Shown one piece after another: positions 29,556-38,740 of a stretch of DNA of 64,000 bases (position 1 is its first letter; every line of letters starts with the position of its first letter). The position numbers and the translations under genes are program-made. Below the pieces are notes generated by a model. The model was not told the DNA's origin and did no database searches. It saw only the letters and a program-made list of their open reading frames with translations. Origin of the DNA: Myxococcota bacterium (GTDB lineage: Bacteria > Myxococcota_A > UBA796 > UBA2385); contig JBIJDH010000016.1 in NCBI GenBank assembly GCA_044344255.1, positions 64,001-128,000 of the forward strand, given 5' to 3'.

Positions 29556-32057
29556 TTGACGGTGAGCTCTGTCTTGGAAGTCCTCTCGGCGGTGTCGAGC
29601 CGAGCCTTGCTTTGGGGCCTGATCCCGCGGGGAATGGGCCTCGGCTACCTGCTCTGTTTCCTCCCGCTGTTCCCCCAGCTCTTGCCTTGGATCGGCGCCC
29701 GGGGGGTGATGCCGGCCGCAGACCTCCAGGCGGCGCTCCGGCGCGACACCCCCTGGCTCGGACGCCTCCGGCACAACCCGAGCTTGCTCTGGCTGGCAGA
29801 CTCCGACCGTGCCCTCCAGGGATGGCTGGCGCTCGGCGTCCTCGGCGCCAGCCTCGGGGTGGTCGGGGGCCTCTCGGGGCGGGTGGGCCTCGGGCTGGCC
29901 TTCCTCGTACATCTGAGCTTCAAGCGCGCCGCGCGGATGTACTACCCCTGGGACAACCTCCTCGCTGAGCTCGGCTTCTTGGCCCTCTTCTTGCCGACGG
30001 TGCCGCTGCTGCCTGCCCTCTCCGCGAGTGCGCTCCCTTCGCCCCTGCTCATCTTCGCCTTCCATTGGCTGTTGTTCCGGGTGGTCTTCGGCTTCGGGAA
30101 GACCAAGTTCTACGGGGTCACCCGGCAGGACTGGCTATACCTAAGGTATTTCCTGCTCAACATCCCCATCGTCACCAGAGTGGGGTGGTGGGCCAGCCGC
30201 CTGCCCGATCCGTTCATCCTGCTCGGACTCGTGTCGGTGGGGGTGGTGGAGCTCCTGGCGCCGCCCTTCCTGCTCTTCCCCGGGGCGGGCCGCCTGCTCG
30301 CCGCCGCCGCCATCGTCGCGCAGATGGGCGTCATTCAGGCGACGGGCAACTTCGGATATTTCAATGTGCTCTGTCTGGTGCTCTGCGCCGCCTGCCTCGA
30401 CACGGGCTCGAGCCTGCTCGACGCCGCCCAGGGCGGCCTGCTGTTCGAGCCCGAGCATCTGCCCTTCACCCTCGCCTTCGCCGTGATCTTCCCGGTGTCC
30501 GTGGCCGCGCTGGCCTTCAACAACTGGTTCAATTGTGCCTGGACGGAGTGGCCGGGCTTCCAGCGCCTTCGGCTGGGGCCCATCCGGGCCTGGGTCGCGC
30601 TCTGCCGGTGGGTCGAGCCCCTCCAGGTGGTGCACAGCTACGGCGTCTTCCGGGCCAGCCCGGCCCCGCCCGTCCGCTGGGTGACCACCGTGGAGGGTCG
30701 GATGTCCCCCACGGAGCCCTGGCGGCCCTTTCGCTGGCGTTGGACCCAGACCGACGCCCGGAGCACGCCCCGCTTCGTGGCCCCGCACCACCCCCGCCTC
30801 GACCACCTCTCCTTCTACGATGGGGTGGGCGTCGATGGCACGGGCTGGTTCCACGTCGTGAGCTTCGCCGATCCCTATCGGTTCAGCCGCGCGAGCCTGC
30901 TGGATCTCACGATGCACCGCCTCCAGGAGCCGGCCTCACCCGTCCGGCGCCTCTTCGCTGACGATCCCTTCGGCGGCCAGCCCCCCGCCGAGGTGCGGGC
31001 GGGCCTGTACCGCTTCTCTCCCACCACGCCGGCGCGCTTGCGAGAGACGGGCCAATACTGGGACGTCGCCCCCGTCGGCGATCACCTCCCGCCCTCCACC
31101 GGCGACTCCACGCTCTTCGCCGAGGCCAACCCGCCGCCGGAGCTGTGGCACTGGGAGGCGGTGCGCTGGCGCGGTCGGGCGCGAGTGGTCGCGGGGCTGT
31201 CCGCTGAAGCGGCCGCGCGCTTCTGGGAGGTGCTCCTGCCCTTCGTCCGCGAGCAGGCCGCCCTGGCTGGAGGAGGGGGGGAGCCCTACACCTGGGGTAC
31301 CCTCCCCACGGTGGCCCTGGCGCTGCGACAGCGCTTCAGCCGGGAGGAGCTGCGGGCCTTCGAGCTCAGCCATGGGCGCCTGCTCGTCGCCCAGCTCAGC
31401 CGCTTGGACGCCGTCTTCCGTCAGCCCGCGCGCCATTTCCTCCGCGACGTGGTGGGCATCGGCGTCGCCTCCGCGCCCGCCCCCTCGCCCGATCCGACGA
31501 CCGAGGCCGAGGCCTGCCTCCAGGCCCTCGCCGCCTGGCCCTTTGGCGGGCTGCGCAGCTCGTTCCGGCAAGGGATGGCGGTGTCCTGGTGCATGCTCCG
31601 AGAGGGGGAGGCTGGCTGGGCGGCCCTCTCGGGCCACCGCTTCGAGGCGGGAGCGCCCATCCCCACCTTCGCGCCCACCCCGCGCCTCGGCGCAGGCGGG
31701 ATGGCGGGGGTCGCCGCGGCGCTCGGGGTGGACGTGCCCCGCCTCGCCGCGCTCGGGGCCTCGCTCCGTGTGCCGGCGGGCATGTTTCTCCAGGGCGTGC
31801 TCGACTATGACACCCTCGCCCGCACGAGCGCCCGCATCGCGGTGCTCTACTCCTCCGATGACAGCTACAGCCCCGTGCCCACTGGCCTCGTGCCGGGCAG
31901 CTTTGACCTCGCCTGGGAGCTCCGGGCGAACCCGCTGCCCCCCATCCTGGGCTACGGCGCGGCGGCGCGGCGGGCGCCCGCCCTGGTGCCGCCGCGGATG
32001 CGCTTCGGCGAGGATGGTCGCTGGCGAGAGGCAGACAGCGGACGCCTGGTCCCCTGA
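29556..32057 (+). CDS. lipase maturation factor (LMF) family membrane protein with long C-terminal extension
   Basis: IGARGVMPA, YPWDNLLAELGFL, FRVVFGFG, TGNFGYFN, SYGVF, FVAPHHPRLD; start uncertain. Confidence 0.85.
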   Translation: MTVSSVLEVLSAVSSRALLWGLIPRGMGLGYLLCFLPLFPQLLPWIGARGVMPAADLQAALRRDTPWLGRLRHNPSLLWLADSDRALQGWLALGVLGASLGVVGGLSGRVGLGLAFLVHLSFKRAARMYYPWDNLLAELGFLALFLPTVPLLPALSASALPSPLLIFAFHWLLFRVVFGFGKTKFYGVTRQDWLYLRYFLLNIPIVTRVGWWASRLPDPFILLGLVSVGVVELLAPPFLLFPGAGRLLAAAAIVAQMGVIQATGNFGYFNVLCLVLCAACLDTGSSLLDAAQGGLLFEPEHLPFTLAFAVIFPVSVAALAFNNWFNCAWTEWPGFQRLRLGPIRAWVALCRWVEPLQVVHSYGVFRASPAPPVRWVTTVEGRMSPTEPWRPFRWRWTQTDARSTPRFVAPHHPRLDHLSFYDGVGVDGTGWFHVVSFADPYRFSRASLLDLTMHRLQEPASPVRRLFADDPFGGQPPAEVRAGLYRFSPTTPARLRETGQYWDVAPVGDHLPPSTGDSTLFAEANPPPELWHWEAVRWRGRARVVAGLSAEAAARFWEVLLPFVREQAALAGGGGEPYTWGTLPTVALALRQRFSREELRAFELSHGRLLVAQLSRLDAVFRQPARHFLRDVVGIGVASAPAPSPDPTTEAEACLQALAAWPFGGLRSSFRQGMAVSWCMLREGEAGWAALSGHRFEAGAPIPTFAPTPRLGAGGMAGVAAALGVDVPRLAALGASLRVPAGMFLQGVLDYDTLARTSARIAVLYSSDDSYSPVPTGLVPGSFDLAWELRANPLPPILGYGAAARRAPALVPPRMRFGEDGRWREADSGRLVP

Positions 32058-32122
32058 GCGTCGCTCGGCGGAGTAGGTGGGCTTGGTCGGTGGTCGCGTT
32101 CAATCTGGCTGTTGAGGTGCGC

Positions 32123-33280
32123 GTGTCTGAGAAGGTGTACGACATTGTCTTTGAGGGCGGCGGCGCCCGTGGCGTGGTCCACCTCGGCGCCATCCGCGCC
32201 TTCGAAGAGGCCGGCCTGCTACCGGGGCGGGTGGTCGCGACGTCCGCTGGCGCGATCGGCGCGGCGCTGCTGGCCGCCGGCTACGACTCCCACGCCTTCG
32301 AGGCGGCCTTGTTCGCCGAGGTGCGGCCCGGGGTGACGGCCTTCGCAACCTTCCTCGATCCCATCGAGCAGCTCACCGACGAGCAGGTGGAGGCGAGCGC
32401 GGTCTTCCGGGCCCTCGATGAGTTCGACATGCCCTTCATCGGGGCGGACGCTGAGCGTCGGCTCGACCTCCGGGTCGCGAAGGCGATCGTGAACAGTCCG
32501 GGTCTGCGTCATTACACCAGCCTCAATGAGTGGGGCGGCGTCTGCGCGGGGGAGGGCATCTTCCAAAACGTCCAGCGCTGGCTCGCCCAGGCGCCGGGCG
32601 GCCGGGATTACTCCCAGGCGACCCTCGGCGAGCTCTACGCCGCTACCGGGCGCCACCTCACCGTCGTCGCCACCGACGTCACCGTGGGGCGGATGCTCGC
32701 CCTCAACCACGTCACCGCGCCCGACGTCCCGGTGGCCTGGGCGGTGCGGATGTCCGTCGCCATCCCCTTCGTCTACCAGGAGGTGCGGTGGCGGTCCGCC
32801 TGGGGGCAGTACCTCGGCCAGGAGCTGGCGGGCAACGTCGTCGTAGACGGGGGCGCGCTGTCGAACTTCCCGCTCGGCCTCGTGCTCGGCCGCGGCCCGG
32901 ACATCGAGCGCATCATGGGCCCGGTGCCCCCCGGCGAGCCGCGGGCGGTCGGCCTCGACATCATGCCCTCGATGGAGGTGGACGAAGACACGCTGATCGA
33001 GGACGCCACCGTCGAGCTCGCCCGGCGCAACCCCAAGAAGGGCCTCGTGTCCTCGCCGATCATCGATCGCGGGCTCGCCCTGATCGCCGCGATGATGAAC
33101 GCCCGTGACCGCGAGTCCAAGGACGCCCATCGGGCCTCGATCGTCCGCTTGCCGGCCGCTGGCTTCAGCGTCACGGACTTCGACATGAACAAGGTGGACC
33201 GCGAGCGGCTGATCGCCGCCGGACACCGGGCGATGAGCGCCTGGCTGCGGGAGCGGGGGCTCGACGGCGCAGCGGACTGA
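32123..33280 (+). CDS. patatin-like phospholipase
   Basis: GGGARG oxyanion loop, ATSAG nucleophile elbow, VDGG; GAGGT RBS before GTG 32123. Confidence 0.9.
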   Translation: MSEKVYDIVFEGGGARGVVHLGAIRAFEEAGLLPGRVVATSAGAIGAALLAAGYDSHAFEAALFAEVRPGVTAFATFLDPIEQLTDEQVEASAVFRALDEFDMPFIGADAERRLDLRVAKAIVNSPGLRHYTSLNEWGGVCAGEGIFQNVQRWLAQAPGGRDYSQATLGELYAATGRHLTVVATDVTVGRMLALNHVTAPDVPVAWAVRMSVAIPFVYQEVRWRSAWGQYLGQELAGNVVVDGGALSNFPLGLVLGRGPDIERIMGPVPPGEPRAVGLDIMPSMEVDEDTLIEDATVELARRNPKKGLVSSPIIDRGLALIAAMMNARDRESKDAHRASIVRLPAAGFSVTDFDMNKVDRERLIAAGHRAMSAWLRERGLDGAAD

Positions 33281-33318
33281 ACACGGCGAGCCTGAACGCG
33301 GCGAGCCTGAACGCGGCG
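33277..33318. repeat. 15-bp tandem repeat (2.8 copies) between convergent genes
   Basis: CTGAACACGGCGAGC CTGAACGCGGCGAGC CTGAACGCGGCG. Confidence 0.85.
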
Positions 33319-33319
33319 C

Positions 33320-35494
33320 TCAGGGCGTCGGGCACTCGCTGAGCCCGGCGATCCACCCCTCCACCAAGGCGACCGCCTCGTCATGCACCACCGAGGTGGC
33401 GAGGGGCGGCATGCGGTAGGCGCCGAGGTCGGCGAGGCGGAGCGCGAGCAGGCTCGTCTCGGGGGAGCCGGGATCGACGAGCAGCGCCCCGTCGACGCCG
33501 AGGTCGCCGTTGCTGGGCGCCTGTCCGCAGAGGGCGGGGTCGGCGGTGGTCCAGCGGAGGTCCATCGCGCTGAGCCCGCTGTCGGCGCGGTGGCAGTAGG
33601 AGCAGTTGCTGTGCAGGTAAGAGCGGACCCGGCGCTCCTCGGTGTCGGCGCCGGCGAGCGGGTCGGGGAGGGGATCGGCGGAGGGGCTGGGGCTGGCGGT
33701 GAAGAGCCCCTGCCCGTCGAGCCAGGCGAGCTGACCGACCGTGCTGCCGTCCTCGAGGGTGACGTCGCGGTCGAGCTGATCGGTCTCCAGGCCGAGGGTG
33801 CGGCCGGCGAAGTCGGTGTGGCAGGTGAGGCAGTCCGAGGAGGCCGGCCAGGTCCATTGGCCGCCGTCGGCGACGGTCTCCGTCTTGCCGCCGGGGACAT
33901 AGGTGGCGTCGGTGCCCTCGGCGTTCCAGGCATAGGAGTAGCCGGCCCACTCGCCGTCGGTGTGGCGCACGAGGAGGCGGGTCTCGAGGCGCTGGCCGCC
34001 ACGGGTGAACTCCTTCATCACCACCGAGCCCACCGGGAGGTCCCAGTCGCCGTCCTCGCCGATGGTGATCTGGCCGCCCTCGGGGAGCGCGAACCAGCGC
34101 TGCTTCTCGGCCCCGTCCGACCAGAGGGGCGAGTTGAGCGCGTAGGGCACGAGGTTGCCGGCGGGCTCCGTCGCGTCGGCGGCCTCGACGCAGCCGGTGG
34201 CGGTGAGCGTGGCGGGGAAGGCGGAGGTGGTGGGCTCACCGACGGGCACGATCTTCTGGATCACGCCGTTGAAGCCGACGATGTAGACCTCGCCGTCCGC
34301 GCCCTGGCTGAAGCTCGCGATGCGCACGCCGGCGTCGTCGATGAGCAGCTCCGCCTCGGGGAGGCCGGTCACCTCGTCGTACACGATGCCCCAGACGTGG
34401 CGCGTGACGTAGTCGCCGAAGAGGTAGGTGCCCTCGAGGCTGGGGATGGTCGCGCCGCGGTAGACGTAGCCGCCGGAGATGGAGACGCCGTCGGAGTGCG
34501 GGTACTCGACGATGGGCTCGATGAGGCCCAGGCCCTCGCAGGCGGCCCCGTCGTAGCAGTGGCTCGCCTCCATCATGTTCCAGCCGTAGTTGCCGCCGAG
34601 CTCGACGATGTCGACCTCCTCGTAGCGGTCCTGCCCGACGTCGCCGACCCAGAGGGTGCCGGTGGCGGAGTCGAAGCTGAAGCGCCAGGGGTTGCGGAGG
34701 CCCCAGGCGAAGACCTCGGGGGCCCCCGAGACGCCGTCGGCGAAGGGGTTGTCAGCGGGGATGGCGTAGGGCTCGCCGTCGGCGCCGCTGTGGTCGACGT
34801 CGATGCGCAGCATCTTAGCGAGCAGGTTGTGGGTGTCCTGGCCGGCCTCGAGGGGGTCTCCGGCGGAGCCTCCGTCGCCCATGCCGATGTAGAGGTAGCC
34901 GTCGGGCCCGAACTCGATCATCCCGCCGTTGTGGTTCTCGTAGGGCTGCTCGATGGTGAGCAGGATCTCCTCGGAGTCGGGGTCGAAGGTCAAGCCGCCG
35001 TCGGGGCTCGTGAAGCGCGAGATGACCGTGTGGCGCCCGCCGTCGGTGGAGGTGTAATCCACGAAGGCCTCGCCGTTCGTCGCGAAGTCGGGGTGGAAGG
35101 TGAAGCCGAGCAGGCCCATCTCGTTGTAGGTGATGTCGACCCGATCGGTGATGTCGAGCGCCTCGCTCATCGTCTCGGCGGCGGGATCGTTGTCGAAGCG
35201 CTGCAAGCGGCCGTCTTTCTCGACGGCGTACCAAGCGCTGTCGTCGCCGGGCGCCTGCTGGAGGAGCACGGGCTCGGAGAAGCGCAGCGCAGGGAAGGCC
35301 TCCTCGACGGTGACCTCGCCGGCCGCAGGCGGGCGCTCCGGCGCGCGGCAGACCGCGGCGGGCCCGGCGCCGGAGTCTGTGCCGCCGTCGCTGCCATCGA
35401 CGCCGTCGCTGCCCTCTCCCCCGCCGTCGGCGGCGTCGCCGCCCTTGTCTTTGCAGGCGAGGCTGAAGAGGGCGAGCAGGGCGAAGTGGCGCAT
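33320..35494 (-). CDS. PQQ-dependent sugar dehydrogenase (GSDH) beta-propeller fused to a diheme cytochrome c domain, lipoprotein
   Basis: GLLGFTFHPDF, HNGG..FGPDGYLYIGMGDGG, GLRNPWR; two CxxCH motifs (CLTCH, CSYCH); LWSDGAEKQR. Confidence 0.9.
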   Translation of the reverse strand: MRHFALLALFSLACKDKGGDAADGGGEGSDGVDGSDGGTDSGAGPAAVCRAPERPPAAGEVTVEEAFPALRFSEPVLLQQAPGDDSAWYAVEKDGRLQRFDNDPAAETMSEALDITDRVDITYNEMGLLGFTFHPDFATNGEAFVDYTSTDGGRHTVISRFTSPDGGLTFDPDSEEILLTIEQPYENHNGGMIEFGPDGYLYIGMGDGGSAGDPLEAGQDTHNLLAKMLRIDVDHSGADGEPYAIPADNPFADGVSGAPEVFAWGLRNPWRFSFDSATGTLWVGDVGQDRYEEVDIVELGGNYGWNMMEASHCYDGAACEGLGLIEPIVEYPHSDGVSISGGYVYRGATIPSLEGTYLFGDYVTRHVWGIVYDEVTGLPEAELLIDDAGVRIASFSQGADGEVYIVGFNGVIQKIVPVGEPTTSAFPATLTATGCVEAADATEPAGNLVPYALNSPLWSDGAEKQRWFALPEGGQITIGEDGDWDLPVGSVVMKEFTRGGQRLETRLLVRHTDGEWAGYSYAWNAEGTDATYVPGGKTETVADGGQWTWPASSDCLTCHTDFAGRTLGLETDQLDRDVTLEDGSTVGQLAWLDGQGLFTASPSPSADPLPDPLAGADTEERRVRSYLHSNCSYCHRADSGLSAMDLRWTTADPALCGQAPSNGDLGVDGALLVDPGSPETSLLALRLADLGAYRMPPLATSVVHDEAVALVEGWIAGLSECPTP

Positions 35495-35520
35495 CGAGGA
35501 GGCTCCGGGGTGCGCCGGCC

Positions 35521-36072
35521 CTATCGCATCCCCGACAGGGTGAGCAGCCCGCGCAGCTCGACGGCGGGGGAGGGGCCGTCGGGGTCGAGCATCCGGTGGA
35601 CGAGGCCGCCGAGGATGAGGCTCATCATCATCGAGGCGAGGCGGGGGTCGGAGGGCCCGAACTGTTCGGCCAGGGCGCGCTCGTACTCCTGTACCGTGAG
35701 CTGGAGCGCGCGGCGGGGCTCGGCCTCGGGCTGCTGGAGGTGGAAGTCGAGCGCGATGCGCAGCGCGCTCTGGAGGGTCTCGCCGTGGGCCTCGACGAAG
35801 CGGGCGAGGTGATCGATGCGCTCGGGCAGCGTGGCCTCCGGGCGCAGGGCCTCGGTGGCCTGGTGGATGTCGCGGCGGGCGATCCAGGCCAGCATCGCCT
35901 GGAAGAGCTCGGTCTTCCCGGTGAAGTAGTGGTAGAGCGTGCCGGTGGAGACGCCGAGGGCCGTGGCGATGGCCCGCATGGTGAGCGTGGCGTAGCCGTG
36001 GCGGGCGAAGAGCTCGAAGCAGCGCGCGAGGATCTCGTCGCGCCGCTCCTCATGGTCTACGATGCGGGGCAT
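35521..36072 (-). CDS. TetR/AcrR family transcriptional regulator
   Basis: MPRIVDHEERR...TMRAIATALGVSTGTLYHYF helix-turn-helix. Confidence 0.95.
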   Translation of the reverse strand: MPRIVDHEERRDEILARCFELFARHGYATLTMRAIATALGVSTGTLYHYFTGKTELFQAMLAWIARRDIHQATEALRPEATLPERIDHLARFVEAHGETLQSALRIALDFHLQQPEAEPRRALQLTVQEYERALAEQFGPSDPRLASMMMSLILGGLVHRMLDPDGPSPAVELRGLLTLSGMR

Positions 36073-36081
36073 GGCGCGCCG

Positions 36082-37155
36082 CTAACGCGCCGGGTTGGGC
36101 TCCGCGTCGAGCGGCCGCGAGGGCCCTCCGCGTAGCGCGGCGTCGACGCGGGGGTCCATCACGGCGAACCAGGCCGGCGGGCAGAGGGCGAGCAGGATCA
36201 TGCCGGGGTAGCCGGTGGGCAGCTCGGGGGCCTCGGGGAAGTGGCGGAGCTGGTGGTAAGGCCGCGTCGGGTGGGCGTGGTGGTCGGCGTGGCGAGTGAG
36301 GTCAAAGAGGAGGATCCGGCCGAGCGGGCGGTTCGAATTCCACGAGTGGACGGGCTCGACCTTGGGGTATCGGCCGCTCGCGTCCTTCTCGCGGCGCAGC
36401 CCGTAGTGTTCCACGTAGTTGATCACCTCGAGGAGGCCGATCGCCACTGCGCTCGCGGCGATCCAGCCCAGCAGCGCCGCCGGCCCGAGCAGGCCGCCGA
36501 CGAGGGCCAGGGCCGCCCCCTGCAGGAGGTGGAGCCGGAGCATCAGGTTGCGCGGCTGGAGCGCAGGGAAGCGGGCGGTGGGGAAGCGGCGGGCCTCGAT
36601 GGCCCAGGCGCTGCGGTAGCCGCCGATCAGGGAGCGCAGCACGAATGCGTAGACGACCTCGCCCTTGCCCGCCGAGGCGGGGTCCTCCGGGGTGGCCACC
36701 CGCGCGTGGTGGCCGCGGTTGTGCTCGATGAAGAAGTGGGCGTAGTTCGTGCTCAGGTAGAGGAGGAGGGCGGTGCGCTGGTGCCAGCGGCTCGTGCGGT
36801 GGCCGAGCTCATGGCCGAGGTTGATCGCGATCCCTGCGAGGGTGATGCCGGTAGAGACCGACGCTCCGACCGCCTCCACCGCGCTCCACTGCCCGACCCT
36901 CATCCCCCACAGATAGGCGCCGAGCACCGCGAAGTGGAGGGGGATGAGCGCGTACAGCAGCAGATCGTAGGCCAGGGCCTCCCGCGGGCTGCGCGGCGCC
37001 GGCTGCACCTCGCTGCCGCGGAAGAGGTGCTCGGCCAAGGGGATGAAGCCGAAGACGAAGAGGGGCGCCGCGAACTGGGCGACTCCGCCGACCCTCAGGC
37101 CGACGAGGGCGAGGATCGGCAGGACGAAGGCGAAGGTGTAGGCGAGGAGGGGCAT
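36082..37155 (-). CDS. alkB: alkane 1-monooxygenase
   Basis: HELGHR, EHNRGHH, NYVEHYG, HADHH; start at ATG 37155. Confidence 0.92.
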   Translation of the reverse strand: MPLLAYTFAFVLPILALVGLRVGGVAQFAAPLFVFGFIPLAEHLFRGSEVQPAPRSPREALAYDLLLYALIPLHFAVLGAYLWGMRVGQWSAVEAVGASVSTGITLAGIAINLGHELGHRTSRWHQRTALLLYLSTNYAHFFIEHNRGHHARVATPEDPASAGKGEVVYAFVLRSLIGGYRSAWAIEARRFPTARFPALQPRNLMLRLHLLQGAALALVGGLLGPAALLGWIAASAVAIGLLEVINYVEHYGLRREKDASGRYPKVEPVHSWNSNRPLGRILLFDLTRHADHHAHPTRPYHQLRHFPEAPELPTGYPGMILLALCPPAWFAVMDPRVDAALRGGPSRPLDAEPNPAR

Positions 37156-37202
37156 GGCTGCTCCGCAGGGCCGTCCGAGGGCGCGCGCCCGAAACGATAT
37201 CG

Positions 37203-37245
37203 AACGTGCGTTATGAAATATGCGCTGGCCGGCGACGGATGTCAA
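37203..37245 (-). promoter_or_regulatory. sigma70-like promoter of alkB-tetR with adjacent palindromic operator
   Basis: Minus-strand TTGACA (37245-37240), N17, CATATT (37222-37217); AACG-TG-CGTT at 37203-37212. Confidence 0.6.
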
Positions 37246-37270
37246 GGCGCCGCCGCGATAGGGCCGGCGG

Positions 37271-38680
37271 ATGCGTCCTCCGCGTCGAAGTCTGCTCGGT
37301 CGGCTCGGCCTCGTGGCCCTCGTAGGGGCCGTCCTGGGCGCCCTGGGGCTGGTCGGCCCGCTCCGCGCGCCCGTGACGGGCTGGCTCTACCGGCGCGGCC
37401 ACATCGCGGCCTCCCCCGAGGGGGACGGCCTCATCTTCGTCGTGCTCGACACCGTCCGGGCCGATCACACCTCGCTCTGCGGCTATGGCCGCCCCACGAC
37501 GCCCACGCTCGACGCCCTGGCCGCCGCCGGCGCCCGCTACACCTGTCGGGCCTACGCGCCGGGCTCGTGGACCCTGCCGAGCCACGCCTCCTACTTCACC
37601 GGCGAGGCCGTGCTCGAGCACGGCGCGCACGAGCTGCCGGCGGTCAACATTGACCTCTCGGGGGCCGGTGTGCCCGCCGACCACCTCTCGCCCCGCAAGG
37701 TCACCGTCGCCGAGACCCTCGCCGGCCGCGGCTACCAGACCCTCGCCCTCTCCGAGAACCCGGTCGTGGGCGACGCCCTCGGCCTCCGCCAGGGCTTTCG
37801 GACGATGCGCAGCGCCCGTCGTTTCGGGGAGCTCACGGGGGCCCACACGGTGGAGACCCTGCGGGGCCTGCTCCAGGACGAGCTCGACCCCACCGGCGGC
37901 CCCCTCTTCCTCTTCCTCAACCTCGCGAGCGCGCACCAGCCCTGGGAGGCCGTGCCAGACGAGGTCCCCTGGCTCCCCACCCGCGCGCGTCTCGGCTGGG
38001 ACAGCCGTCCCGGCGGGCGCTGGGCCCGCTTCCTCACCGGGAAGATGGGCGCCGACGAGGCCGCCCACCTCCTCGGCTGGGTCACCGACGGCTACGACTG
38101 GGGGGTCACCCGCGCCGATGACACCCTCAGCCGGGCGCTCACCGTGGTCCAGGGGTCCGGCTTCTGCCCCAAAGGCTGTCGGGTGATCGTCACCTCTGAT
38201 CACGGCGAGCTCCTCGGTGAGCACGACCTCATCGACCACGGCTTCTACCTCTACGAGGAGAACAACCGGGTCTTCCTGCTCGACTCGGCGGGCGGCGAGC
38301 CCTTCCCGGAGCCGATCAACGCGATGGTGGTGGCCTCGCTCCTCCGCGATGGGGCGCTCCCCGATCCGCTGCCCGCCGTCGAGGCCGTCGCCTGGCCCCA
38401 CGCGCGCCGCGCCCACCACAGCGAGGGGGCCGCCTTCAACTCGCGCTCGGCGGCCCTCTGGGACGGGCCGGAGAAGTGGATGTGGATGGACGGGCAGGCC
38501 CGAACCACCGACCTCCGCCTCGACCCCGGGGAGGCCGCAGGAGCGCCCCTCGGCGCCGCCGAGATCCCCGCGGGGCTCTCGGTGCTCGTCGAGGGCGTGC
38601 TCGGCGTGCGGGCCCGCGGAGAGGCCGCGGGGGACGCCGCCGCCGAGGAGGCGCTGCGGGCCGCGGGCTACCTCGAGTGA
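37271..38680 (+). CDS. sulfatase-like hydrolase/transferase (alkaline phosphatase superfamily)
   Basis: LDTVRAD, WTLPSHASYFTG, TSDHGE, DHG. Confidence 0.85.
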   Translation: MRPPRRSLLGRLGLVALVGAVLGALGLVGPLRAPVTGWLYRRGHIAASPEGDGLIFVVLDTVRADHTSLCGYGRPTTPTLDALAAAGARYTCRAYAPGSWTLPSHASYFTGEAVLEHGAHELPAVNIDLSGAGVPADHLSPRKVTVAETLAGRGYQTLALSENPVVGDALGLRQGFRTMRSARRFGELTGAHTVETLRGLLQDELDPTGGPLFLFLNLASAHQPWEAVPDEVPWLPTRARLGWDSRPGGRWARFLTGKMGADEAAHLLGWVTDGYDWGVTRADDTLSRALTVVQGSGFCPKGCRVIVTSDHGELLGEHDLIDHGFYLYEENNRVFLLDSAGGEPFPEPINAMVVASLLRDGALPDPLPAVEAVAWPHARRAHHSEGAAFNSRSAALWDGPEKWMWMDGQARTTDLRLDPGEAAGAPLGAAEIPAGLSVLVEGVLGVRARGEAAGDAAAEEALRAAGYLE

Positions 38681-38740
38681 CGGCGGGCGAGACGCCGGGG
38701 CCTCGTGGGTTATCGGCTCCTGCGCAGAGGTCGATCACCC

